Assembly: GCA_030141605.1 (NCBI GenBank)
Contig: JAQGDQ010000326.1
Coordinates: 186,001-250,000 of the forward strand
Reading direction: 5' to 3'
DNA: 64,000 nt
Source: Tubiluchus corallicola
Lineage: Eukaryota; Animalia; Priapulida
Shown here in pieces: positions 1-13,600 of this stretch. Under the pieces are notes generated by a model. It searched no databases and had not been told where the DNA came from. It worked only from the letters and a program-made list of their open reading frames with translations. Positions within the stretch are counted from its first letter, which is position 1. Each line of letters opens with the position of its first letter. Position numbers and translations under genes: made by a program.

Positions 1-2965
1 TTTTTTTTCAAAATTCTTCATTTCAAGCTAAACGTAGCTAGCTTGCAAAAAGAAAATAAGACTGCCCTGAATCTCCTGAAAAATGCAACAATTTTAAATT
101 TTTCACTTTTGTCTTACTTTTGTTTCACTTTGTCATGGTAGTACTCAAAATAAAAAATAAAAATATAAATCAAAATAAATGCAATTTTTACAAAGTTTTC
201 GCAGCGACGAAGTACATGAATTGATATCACAAAAAATGTCAAATGTGAAACGAAAAAATTCCCCAGGAAAGATTAATAAAATATAAATAACATCCCTAAT
301 TGATCAAGAAGAAAAGATTTATGTTCTTTTCTATGGTTTGGCTGTGACATTCATCTGAATATGACTTAGCCTGAGGTCATGAGCAGTGACGCCTGGGAAA
401 TAGGCGACTTGAAAGAAGGAAGAAAAATTCTAGTTTTCCATTGATCATGTGATTCCTATCGCGACAGTCTCGAAATTATTTTTCTGTAATCGTCCATCGA
501 AGTTTTTGAATCAAAATGATATTATTTATACGTAAGGTTATTGGCAAAAACCAGTAGTCCACGTGGGCATAATTCTACAATAGGATTGTGGCTTGACGCA
601 ACAGTAAACAGTGATTGAAATTATCAAAATGAGTTTTGTTTAAACATAGTTTATTTGGTTCAGATCAGACAGTTACTTCAAACTGATACATGCAGAAGTG
701 CATATAAAATATAGTAATTTAAATACACACAAAAACAGATAGATGTACATACATACAAATACATATATAAACAAAGACATATACATACAAAGTTAGCAGA
801 GTGGAACACAATGAATAATATAACAATTGAATAGTAACAATAACTGTCTTAAAATTTAATTGTCATATTATCCATAGAGGCAGATTTAACACATCTGCTA
901 ACTTTGTATGTACATGTCTTTATCATGATGCCTGTGTTTTTGTCATGTCTTTAGAAGATGCCTACCATTAAGGCTCATAAATAAACAAAAAATACTGAAT
1001 ATCATCAGCATTACACAAGTTTAACCCAATGATTCTTTGTATCTTTGTAATCCATCATACGCAGTGTAATCTTTTATAACCACCAGATCATCTTAAGTGT
1101 TTTTATCACGATGTCAGTCTCCCGCCATTTGAACAGTTTCTTTCACATCTGGTATACTGCTAACATAAATATTCGCAAATGATCAAAGCATCCAAATTAC
1201 CATACGGGGACATACAATATAAAATTTACACTCAGCCTACACGCAACACGCATCTTTTTCTGACACTGAAATATCCATTTCTTTCTATTTTCACAGCCGG
1301 GATTGACTTTGTGTAAATAGAGGCTAATATGAATCGGCAATAAATCAAGTATAAATCAACATTTCTGTGTATGCATCTGGCTAAGATATGCGCGCTTGCT
1401 TGTCATTTAAGAAGATTTCTCACACCTATTATGGATAGAGTTTAATTTAAATGCTTTGCGAATGGTTTCTGTTTGACGTAGCAGTTCTGTGGTACCAGAG
1501 TTTCTGATAACGAATCGCTTGTCAAAAGTAATTACTGTGAATTTTTCTAACTGTTTGATTCGGAGATTGCACGGAGGACCTAAAAGTAGGTAGTATGTTA
1601 TACGTCCTCACGCTAAATATTATATCTAAAATATTTCTTGATTAGTTTGTAATGCTACAATTACCAGCACTACACTTACGTGAGACACTCATTGTTGTGT
1701 TGCAGATGTAGATGTAAATATGGTAACTGCAGTCCCACAAACTATTCAGAAAATATTTTAGATACAATGTGTGGTTACGTACCTTATGATTAGCATCAAT
1801 TATTTTCAATTTCATCATGAACTTGACCTTTGTGAAAAGTTCTTAACCTTTGTGACCTGTTTGTGATTAGCATCAATCATTTCCAATTTCAATACGACCT
1901 CGACCTTTGACCTTTCCTTCCTGCTCTTAAGACATAGAAGAACGACCTGATTTGACTTTGTCTAATTTAGTGATTTTAGCATCTGCAACTTTCCGGACAT
2001 CGCTTTGGACAAAAAGAAAAAGAAAAAGCTGCAATGTTTAAGTTTAACTTTAACCTTTAACATTTAAACTTTAACTTTTCATATCTGTTATCTAAGGCAT
2101 TGCAATCTATTTGAGCCACAGCTATTTTCTAACAGAATTTATCAAGACGAGAGGAATAGCTAAGTCTTCACAGCGTGTGCTTTGCGACCACAGTTAAGCA
2201 AAGGTAGATTTTGATCAACACATCCCTGCTTGTAAATAGCAGCTTGGAGACTTTTGCAGAAGTTCATTTACCACGCTGTTCTCGATTATTTACCTCATTG
2301 AGGACGTATAATATATATATACATCAGAATGTAGCTAAGTCGCTTCAACGACTACCCTTAGCTTTGGTTTTTTAATGAGATACCGGTGCTGCTACAACCA
2401 CATCGACTAAAAGGCACTGTTGAATGCTGAATCTCAGCTTGCGGGATACCAAACGGCATAACCCTCCCAGTTAAAAAAAACTCCCACATGTTTTCTTTTC
2501 CCGAGTAGCCTCGTGCTTCAGTGTTAATTGCAGAAGTAATACAAACGGAAACGGAACATTGAGTCCAGATGGGTTTCCCATATAAACTGAGGATTATTGT
2601 TAAAGATTAACGATAGCCCAGAAATAACAGCTTTCGAACAGTCTAAATGCTCGCCGCTCTCAAAAGCCAAGCTGTCAGTGAAAATACTCTAAATACACAC
2701 CAATACCTATTTGTTTTTGTGATGGGGCCTTTATAAAGTGCATGAGAACCAAATGTGTAGAGTTTATGTAAGTTTACTATTGCTCTTTAACAGATCAAGG
2801 CGGCGTGGTAATTTAAGCTCAGCGTTTATATACAAAGCCATGTAGGAGTAACTGTCTGCTCGACCTTTCACTTGCCAAATGGCAAACGTATTTCCCCTAA
2901 TGGTTTCTGGCAGGATTTGCTTAGGTGCCATTTTTTCTGTCTTTTTTCCTGCCAAAATGCTTGTA

Positions 2966-3123
2966 CAGGGTGTTCCATAACAAACAGTGCAGGAGAGTTG
3001 TTCTAATGAACTGAAATATTACGCAATCGAAGCACATAAACGCGGTTCAATGTCGAGCTCACTTACTGGACTTTAGTGAATGTTTTATAGCATCTGTTAG
3101 TACACTGTTTTTTTAACGCCCTG
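2966..3123. mobile_element. Tc1/mariner-type MITE (158 bp)
   Basis: TA|CAGGGTGTTCCATAACAAACAGTG ... CACTGTTTTTTTAACGCCCTG|TA: inverted termini with TA target duplication. Confidence 0.7.
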
Positions 3124-3599
3124 TATTCCATGCATGTACATGCATGAAGAACCTGCGTTATAAATACATTTTCAGTTAACGATTAATAATCGAAGATTAG
3201 TAAACAATGTTGTTAGACATTTTTGCATTTCTTACCCGGACACAAATAAAAATACCTCAAGAAACGCAAGAGAACGGTAAAAAATTGTTTTGAAGTAGGT
3301 CAGTTATTGGCCCATAAAGTTAAAACATTTTAAAATGCGTTTTGTCGAAATACGTGGCAACTGGCAAGCCCAACTAATAAACTTTTTAATATGCAGTTGA
3401 AATGATAAACATTTTCTTAATGAACTATTAATCTATTTAAAGAAGGGTTTTCAACTCTGGCAAGCCGTGGAACATCAGAAGTTTTTACGTTCACTATGTA
3501 ATAAATGCATAATGTTACACGTTAGCGAATGCTAGCTCATTGTAACCTGTTTACTGAAGAAGAGATTGCCTGTGGCACATATTATGTAGCCTAGCCAAC

Positions 3600-3930
3600 G
3601 TCTAACTTTTTACTTTACCACCATATTCTGGATAAAACCAGAAAGATAAAAATGTCACAAGCACACCAAATTAGTATCTTTTGGAAGGATTTTACAATTC
3701 CCCATACAATTTAAATAACCTAACCCTATGTTATTCATGATCCTAATCCTAACCCTAACCTAACCCTAGCCCAACCCCAATCCTATCTCTAGTCCTAACC
3801 CTAACCCGAGTCTGCTTCAAGAACTAATTTCTTGTGTGTGGGGAACTGCAGTCTTTTTAACAACACTCAATAGTAAAAATGTAATCATCTTCTGTGTTTG
3901 TTTCTTATCAAATGGCTTTACTAAAGAAGT
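3600..3930. mobile_element. MITE-like fold-back element with central (TAACCC)n
   Basis: Degenerate TAACCC repeats at about 3715-3807 flanked by imperfect inverted arms (CAATTCCCCATACAA / TTGTGTGTGGGGAACTG; CCAGAAAGAT / ATCTTCTG). Confidence 0.45.
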
Positions 3931-5519
3931 TATTGAATTCGGTCAAAGATGTCGTAATTTAAGAAACGTCCACGTACAATAAACTGTCACTCATACATGA
4001 AAATTGGTAACCCAGATATCATTCACTTGTTGATTAGTTAGGATACGTTCATAATCTAACAAGTTTTAATTGCTGTTTAAAGATGATCGCTTATGTAAAG
4101 CAATTGGTATTTAAGAAACGCCATATATTTAGCTTGTCATTTCTATAATTATGTATTGGATCGTGAGTGTATCGTGTGTGGTCTGGTGTAACGGACCTGT
4201 CTTGAAATAAAAAGTTAGTAGCATTTTAGAAAGTATTAACGTATGTCTACCAATCAGTGCCTACCATAGGTGTTATGAAATGTTCACATTTGTCGTATCA
4301 CCTGCGTACCTGGGCCTTTCGTATCCAAAACGTTAGCTTCCAAACATTCTAATTGGAAAACATTCGCACAAATTTGGTTTGCCGCAGTTTAGCAATGCGG
4401 TGGGTAAGTGACCTCAGATAAATGAATGAATGAGGGTATTTAAAAAAAAGTAGCTACTCTCACAGTTAATAGTTTTGCCGTAATCGTCAACATTGGCCGT
4501 TCGTCTATGGTGAACGAGAATAACTGAGTGCCCATGAGCCTCACAACAAATTTAATTAAAAACCGTTTGCAGTTCAGAAATTGATTGAACAGCGCACATC
4601 GATGCATAATCACAATTTTCATTAGAATTCCATTAACACCATAAATGCGGTTTAATTACTAATCCGAGCACTCCAAGGCCCCTTCCACAGGATTTAAAAT
4701 TGAAAAATTCGAGTTGTTTAATAAGGGCATGACGGTTGAATTTACTTACTCGTGTCATTTCCCTACCAGCTAAAAACTTCTGTGCAAACTAATATACGAG
4801 TAAGCCATAAGAGTTAAATTAACCAAATTAAAACGGCTGAATCTCGCTAAGAGATATTTGCATAGACGTAGGCTTATTAATATGGTGGCCCGCAATTAGT
4901 CATAGGATCTTTTCAATAGAAACAAATGAGAATTCACGACAGATGTCCTATTCAAACAGATGTCACGTGACTTCAGAGGATTTTGTCACCCTTTTCAAGA
5001 CGAATAATTGCAAATTTAGGTACAGCCTGGCCAATTATCAGGCATTACGCAAAAAGGTTAGAGAGTACATGCTGTTAATGGGAATGACGAACTAGCGCAT
5101 GCCGCTATGACGTCATTGGGTAAGTGCTACAATAACTACATCACATTGCTGCGTTCTTGAAAAAAGTGCCCCAATTTAATTCTTGCTTACAAGTTTTCTA
5201 ATCTGATAAGTTACAAATCAAATCAACGATCGTTGCAGCTCGTGCACTTTGCATTTTTTATTTAGCACCACAGAGCATTAAATGGAGTTTAGTAAATCAT
5301 AATTAATTTAAGAACTAGGCTATATGAGAAAAAAGAAATTGCCTTATTGTCATACCTGATACACCTGATCAAATCAATCTTCTTTAACAGAAGAAATGGC
5401 CAACACGAAAAGAAGTGAAAAGAAAAGGTTAGTTGAAACCGGAGGGATAATTATAATTAATTTCGAATACAAAACATCGAAAGGGCTAAAATAATGACAG
5501 TTAAAAACATTTGTAAATG

Positions 5520-5920
5520 TCTAGTCTGAGTGTCCATAAGTTGGCTCACATTTTGTGGTTTTGCAATTTTTTCATCATTACACCTATCACATACGTGCGC
5601 ACTTCTGCGTTGAATCAACAAGTAATTAATCAATACCTATAATTATTAATTCTACAACGGCTTTTGATACGTTATATACGCTTTGACTCTACTCTTTTAC
5701 GAATAAACCGCAAAGTCACGTCATTATTTGTGACCATTCTTCCCAGTAATGATGTAGGAGGGACGTAGTATTGGCATGAAATATGGCCAAAGGTGTTTTT
5801 CCCTCCAAATGACGCTCGGAATTGGATTACGACTATTCTGCGAATAGCAAGCAAACAACGGACTGCAGTTGTACTTGGGAAATTATGCAACAGACCACGC
5901 TGAATTACCATAAAAATTGA
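5520..5920 (-). mobile_element. Possible highly decayed mariner remnant
   Basis: TIR-like CTGAGTGTCCATAAG at about 5526; frameshifted VCLLFAE...QFRASFGGKN loosely resembles the N-terminal HTH of mariner transposases. Confidence 0.3.
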
Positions 5921-7526
5921 AATCGCCGCAGGAGAGAGCGATTTCGTGTTGGTTTGGACGCCGTTCGTCTTGGTGTAATCAACAATGGTTTAATTTCCGT
6001 TGTTGTATGATGTTTCTTTATACTTCTGTTGTGATTTTATGCAATTACTCCATTTAGTAGTTTTGCCACTTGGCTCGGTATTATGCGCTGTTTTCCCTCG
6101 CATTTTAGTAAGTTCAGAATTACGCATGCGCCGGTTCTACTATGCCGAGGCGGTTACACGTAAACTTATATGATTGTTATTTAGATTCACTAAAATATCA
6201 CTTAAATAGAAGGCGTCTTCTTTAAACATTATAGGAAAAAGGCTGATTTCATTATTAGATTAACGTCTGAACAAAAGTTCATTTGAATAATTGAGCTAAG
6301 TAGGCACTCCAATAGAAGTATGAAGGGAAAACATAAACAGATTCATAGAAGTGTGATTATCATAGCGGTATTATTTACAAGATTTGCAGAGAAGAGGAGA
6401 GGAGAGTAGAGGAGAAGGCGGTGGAGGAGGCTGCCTCACTCAGATATTCACTCGATTCATGAAAGCTTGTAATTCACTTTTACAGTTACAAAGTTTTTAA
6501 CTGACTTTTTTTTCAAAATGGTTCTGTGCCGTAGATCAGGAAATTGACGGGGCACCGACTATGGGCCACTTTCCAATTAGTAGGCATCTTAAAAATTAGA
6601 GTCGAAACGCCACACCTCGCAAGAAAATCGCGTTTAATATAAATTATTAATATGAATAGTAATAACTGGTGACGATGTTCCCAACGTCTATAAAACGTGT
6701 TAGTGCAAAACACAGAGCTGTAGCGAATCAGTAGGCTTTACGTGTTTAATTAATTAGACTTTGTTCCAATCGCCCAGTTGGCCTTTTTCAAACAGAATTA
6801 CCCTCTAGTCGACCCGAGGCATTTAGACGATATTTTGCCAGGATAAGGCTATACTTCAGCAGTTCGATGGTGACCTGTAATGTATTGTCATTGATTAATT
6901 TACCAAATCCGCAAAATCTACCGGAAGACCGAGAAGCCTTTGGCGCTGACTAAAATAATAAATCCCATGAAAATATTATTATCTTATCACATAAATTAAA
7001 ACTGCCTTGTTGTTTTTACCTCTACTGTTCTTTTCAGCCTCCCAATCTCTTCTACTATCCACTTAATCATTAGAAATGTAGCTTTGTGTCAAGCATTGAG
7101 TACTAGATAAACATTCTGTGTAAGAAATACACACATGATGCATTTATAAATGCGGCCGCGCTGGGTTTGTACAAACAAAACAACAAACGAGGAAAAGCTA
7201 TCGAACTGTATTAATAAATATCGATTGAATGCTGCAATTAGTTGAGACGGATGTTAAAAAGATGTAAAAGCGTGTTTTGAACTAAGAAATTGTTGAAATT
7301 GGTTTACTTTTGAATCTCCTGCATTTTATATGCATGAAAAAATCTATTTTGTCTCTCAAGTGCAAAGGGAGTCGCAGTACTAATTACGATGGCTATAATC
7401 ATTTCACAAAACTTATTTATAACAAATTTGTACATTGCGTGCAGAAATTGGAAAAAATTATTGATCATTTTCTTCCCTTTTACATAAGTCGTCAGCGCAA
7501 CGGTTTCCTCAATTTTTTGTTTCTTT

Positions 7527-7549
7527 TTCGTCTCTCTCGGTCTCTCTCC

Positions 7550-7621
<72 letters not shown>

Positions 7622-7655
7622 CCACTCTCTTTGTGTTTCTCTCTTTCTCTTTCTG
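7527..7655. repeat. (CT)n microsatellite
   Basis: Directly visible; explains the SLSL/ERER ORFs. Confidence 0.95.
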
Positions 7656-10600
7656 TCACTCTATTTCCGAAGTATTTTCTACAGATGCTGAACAATTTCC
7701 GTTTTTTACCCATGGACCACTCCATGTGTTTAACACACTACGTATTTGCACTATTTCATTCAAGTTATCTCAAATTATTGCAATACAAAGAACTGTTTAT
7801 GACTTTTCCGTACGCAGTCTTTTAATCTTCGCAATAACAATTAAAACTTGTAAAGCAGAAATATTGTGTCACAAAATTGAAATGTCCAAACAAACAAATG
7901 GACTTTTTCTCCATTGTGCGTAACATCCATGTCTATTCATCCTTTTTACAGACACTCAGCAGAAATTATCACACTAAATGGCTAATACCATAGTGAATCA
8001 CACGCCTTGCGACACCCAAGCACTTGATCAGTTTAAGCCAATTTATCTACACAAGTGAATCTGCTTGATTCGAGTCGGATATGTCGAAATGCAATGATTT
8101 ACTCAACGTTGTGATGAAGTAATAGCAGCAATCCAAATCAATGACTCGAAGAAAATGGCATTTCTCCAGAGCCCAAGCACTTACACGTATGTTTTATTGC
8201 ATTTCATTGTGAAAATGTTCAAGTATTTTCTCCTATGATTTGTCTAAGTGTTTTTGCCGCAATTGCGCTGGAACACATTGCTGTCATGTTTGCTGGTTGT
8301 GAATTGTAATCACGACTCTTTTTATGTGGGGGCAGTAAGTGATGACCAGTTACAAAACTTTTGCGTCGCAAGAAAACTAAATTAAGTGTCCATTTTTGTG
8401 CTACCCGAAAGCTTTCTTAAACCAAGTGTCAATTCACAGTAAAACAAAACAAAATGTGCCTGTTTTTCATCAAATTCCTTTCAGACAAGGCTAGTACCAT
8501 CGTTTTATCGTGCGTATAATACAGGTTCACGTATTTCAGAAAAAGAAAGTTTGAGCCATGAGGACCACACCAAAGTCATGAGCACTTTTAAGCAGAATTT
8601 GAAAATGACCAAGAGTAATTGAATATTCATTGGAGACCTTTTTTCGCAGGGCACAGACCACAGATATAGTTATAACGTGGGTCACAAATCACACGCTTCT
8701 CAACTCGCTCATCGTCCGAAAAATTAAACAAGCACAAACAAGCAACGCGTCTTTGAAGAGATACTTAACGTACTTTACTTACTTTTTACATATTTAGGTA
8801 ATGACAATTATATTAGTACACTAACTTTACTAACTGCTTTAAAGGATTAACTGTTTTAAAAATATTTAGCCTACTCTTCAGGTTTTTAGGTCAGGATACT
8901 GAAGACTTTGAGTTAGCAGGAATCACGGGGTCGCGGGTTCACTGGTCATGAAAAACTAGTCAATTTCCAAATTTTTGTTATTCAGTAGAAATTCTAGAAT
9001 TTCTAGAGCTTTTCGTGTCCATCTGTTCTGGTGAATTATTGTACGGTTCCAGACTACGATCCGAAATTCCTGACCTCTGGCTATTATTCTTGGACGAACG
9101 GCCCTAGTTTTGCCTCATCGAAAAATTTTGGGATTGATTCCCAATTTTATTTTTCTGGCTTTGAAACTATGAGAGGGAGGCACTGGTGTGCTTGGATCAG
9201 GCACGTGCTACTTGTTGTGAAGTTAAACGTTTTCAATTTCTCATAAGAATATCTGGGAGAGCGTTTACCGTTGTCAGGAGATCCGTTTTTAAAAAAATTG
9301 AATATGCATGTTGGGATAGATACCTTTATCTACTAGAATAAAATAAACCACAACAGGGCAGATCCATTATCTGCGCAATGGTCTGTAGTGTCTTCATGTA
9401 ATATTTCAGCCTGCTACGACCTGTGACAGCTTTCAAAGATAATTGTGACATCAACGCCAAGATACACCACCACCGACATCAACAACATGACCATGTTATC
9501 CCGTACTTCTTTTCTTATCGAAAAATAAAAATAACTATCAAAATTAATAGAAAAATATAAAAAGTGATTAACTACACCAAATATGCAACTGAAAATGCAA
9601 AATTTTCAAATAGAAGGCCATTTTCCAACAACACAATGCATACATTTCACCTCTAAGGGTCTTGTCAACAAAATGGGGAGGAAATGCCTGCCTTGCCAAG
9701 AATCAACTGCTGAAAATTATATCATCTCTAAGTAAGGCGTTTCCGATGATAAAGCTTTCTCGCTTGTGACTTACCCGTCTGTCAGCACTCGAACATTTCC
9801 GTTTCCGGTTAGCATTGCCCGGTAATATGAAGCATTATTAATGCCTTATCAGTCCGGCAATAAATAGCAGACAGCTAATTATTGCTGCTTCTAAGGAAGT
9901 TGGCAAATACGACATATTTGCGAGGCCAAAAGCTAGCTTAGTAACACTGTTTACTCATACTTAGCTACGCAGGCTAAAACCAATAATATTTGCTAGAAAT
10001 GGACGTTAATTTAATATTACTGTGTTTATGTGCGCTGACATTAAGCTTTGTTACGCCAAGCTCAGATGTACAACCACCTGCGGTAATTCTCTAACTGAAT
10101 TCATGAGGGGGCGCCACTGTGTGCGATGAAAAATAATAAACTTAAGTAAATGTTGGCGTCCTATTCCAATGTTCCTTTGCATTTGTAAACAAGCAAGCAC
10201 ACTTTCTATTGGCACACAATGTAATATATTTCTGTGCAATTAGATTGAAATTAGTATTTGCATACTGCAGCTGCCTGTTGACAATCAGTAAACATTGAAT
10301 ATTACAATGTAACAAAAGAATTATAAAGAATTATTAATAAGAAAGAAATTATAAATGCCAGCGCGTGTCATTTCATCTTTACAGGTCTGGTTTGATTTCA
10401 ATCTCTGTACAGATAGTTTCTTTTATACAGATTTCATTACACCTGACTGTAATCTAATTAATACGAATGATATCACGTTAATTGCTAATCTAAGACTATG
10501 CCAGACAGGTGAAACATTGTTTTAGTAAATTAGTCAGTTCAGTACCTGCTAGTAATTTCGTAAGTTTTAGCCTTAAAGACAGGCTTTAAGCAAAAGACAA

Positions 10601-13600
10601 AACTTTCTTTGAGGACTGAATTTTAATCAATTTTATCACTTATTTCAGGACTACCAGCAGTTATTTTTATTGTCGTGTTGTGTGCTGACACAAACTTCTA
10701 CTATAATAACGATTATGACTTGCATTTCGCTTTTTGTCATAATGTCCTAATTTAATTTACATTTTTGTGTAAGCCTATTGTTTATTTATCTATTAAGTCG
10801 ATATACTTTTGACATAGTTCAGATAAATCGTCAATTGTTTTTAAACGTTTACGTAAGCAAAACGGTGGAATGTATGATAGTAGTATTATTGATTTTCTTC
10901 AGTGCCACTTTTTGAGTCGACGTCCAGTCTTTCGATAATATCCTTTAAAATTTTGCAATTCAGTTTTTCACAAGCATTCGGCTGGAATTGAAAGGCGTTT
11001 AATTGCTGTGCTGACAATCTTTATCACATATGATTTGATTTAATATGATTTTACATAATCTGCCAAAAAACTATGCTCAAATGCATAAAAATGGCTTATA
11101 AAATGCACAACAGCTGCCTGAAGACGTCTTCAAAAAGAATGTTTCATAAATTCTGGAATCAAGAATTTAGTTACTTAACATATGTAAACGGAAATGCTAT
11201 GGTAAGATTATAAACACACTGAGTAAACAGAATAAAGTAAACAGAAAAAACAGACTCGAAACGAGAATCATTAAAATAGCTGATTTACTGATCGTCTAGA
11301 ATCTGTGAATGAATGAAAATACATGAAGCATATAACAATTGCTTATTCCAAGAAGTCATGACTCGTAATACATAATTTCTTCAATTTTTTTCAAATATTC
11401 TTGGGTTGCTTTGGCAGTATTAGCTTTGCACAATTTCGTTAAAAATCTAACTGCAGTTACACTGTTAACACCAATAGTTCGCAGAAGTAACGTCATAGCT
11501 GCTTTAAACATTTAACGCAAGAGTTTCGTTTGCTTTTCATTTGAATTAAAATATTATTGTGCATTTATAACGATTATATTTTAGCCTAGGTTTTCTTGGC
11601 AGGCGTTGTAACTCTTTCACTTTTTACGTCAATTATAACGAAATCTGTTAATTATAACGTTCAGCGTTTCATCACTTAGAGATCTGGCGAAATGTTCTTC
11701 GCTTGTGTTGTGGCGATAACATATACACTATGTACAGTTCTTATATATAATACATACACTATGTACAGTTCTTAGCTCGTGCCTTAGGTTATCTAATTGC
11801 TATTTTATTTCAATTAGCACATTCAGCGCGACGCATTCAAGTACAAAAATGGTGAAAAACGCCTTTGCATGCAGGTAAATAATTTGTGGGTAATTGTATA
11901 ACAGAAGCATGTATAAACTATGGACTATATTTTCTGGCTCTCAAGAGTGAATTATAAAAACTCAGCATTTACCTTTCTACACTGATTTTGTGATTATAAT
12001 CCCGCAGACCGTATATCAAAGAATTCTATAATTCAACCGGAAGTTGACTTGTTTCGACAAGTGATTGGCTCCTCGCTGCTTGATGACGCTTCCTTTATAA
12101 TGATTAACAGTAAAATTGACGATCTCGCCACCAAATTTAGTTGCCAGATGACAGAAGATAGAGCCCGGAAGCTACGAAATAACAAGGCAATGAAATTCCG
12201 TTTCGGCGTGGGCTCATCACACAATATATATATGAATAATTCACCTCCTATTATACCGTGCATGCATTGCAAACATTTTTGTTTATTTCTGAAAAAACTG
12301 ACCGCTTTTATACGTGTATTCATTTGTTCAAATAAAAAAATTACAGAGGTTCTGTAAGTTACGAGAAATTATAGCTCTGGTACTATTCGAGACATTTACA
12401 CACAATGATAGATATATTATGATCTGTGTATCGCGAAAACACTGTTAAAAATAATCAATGTATTTCACTATTTTTTAATTATAAGGAATCATCTAAGCAC
12501 AATTGTCATAATTGTAAATACGATCTAGTTACTAATACGTCTGTTAAGTATTATTTAGTTAAAATTATACACTAGTGAGCATAATTATAAAGTTGTCTTG
12601 TGCATTCTACTATTGTTCACTTCCTTTCATTATTTCCGAAATATTATACATTTATAGCATAAAGTTTAACAATTTTGAAAGTTTATTGCAAAATTAAAGT
12701 GACTTGTATCAGTACGTAAACGAACGCAGTCACAAATTTGCTATTCAGTGTTGTTTATCTTATTTATTTATTTATTTATTTATTATTGTTATTTACGCGT
12801 CTTTACGCTCGATTGCCTATTTAGATACCTTTGTGCAAGTCGATCTTTGAAATGATACTAAACCGTTTCCTATTAATTAGAAGTATTCCGCCCCCTGCAG
12901 GCAGTATAGCTCGTTAACAGCACCTGTACGTATTCTCAAAAATGGCGCATTGCTAGTCCTACTCTCATTTGCCAACGTTTTTTATAAAAGAGTTTTCTAG
13001 GTGAAAGAAGAGTGATAAAAATCAGTGGTGCTGGATGCGGCAGCAGAAGTCAAATAAGCGCACAATGACAATGCAATTAAAACAGCAGACAGATGTAGCA
13101 TCGCTTTTATGAAACTGGTAATTATCAAAGAAACTGCCACGGCCTATGGTTTAAGTTGCAACAAAGACACAATGCCTTTCGCTTGTAATAAATTTCTTAT
13201 TTGCGTTAGTATTGCAGCTGGCTGCATACATAGTACTGAAAAGATTAACTTTGATGGGTGTAATGTAAATGGTGCACGTAGGGCTGTTGGATATACCTAT
13301 TCTAGGGCGGACCTTCTACTTAATCCAATCAAATTGCAAGAAGGCTTATTGAAGAACATTCGGCCAAAAGTTTAAAAGTAAAAAATAAAAATTCTGTAAA
13401 TTTGTGCATTTCAGTTTAACTGTCAGTTAAAATGGGGATCGTAAGTGAAGAAAGTTTAATTCGTACAGTTACATTTCATTTCAACTCAATTCTTCTTGAC
13501 TTCGGTAAAAAGGCACAATATAAAATATAAAAAGAAATCACACCTACTTAAAAAACAAACTTTCCAAGAAGGAATTAATAAACCTACTGTAGACACACAT

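Noticed and set aside
1424-1579. Candidate minus-strand exon with TTTTAG acceptor and GT donor
   Set aside because: Open only in phase 1, has a stop in the phase-2 frame required by dac, and shows no Dac similarity.
3715-3807. Interstitial telomere or fusion site
   Set aside because: Short, degenerate, single-orientation TAACCC tract inside a fold-back repeat.
7310-7923. ORFs with SLSL/ERER runs
   Set aside because: Caused by the (CT)n tract.
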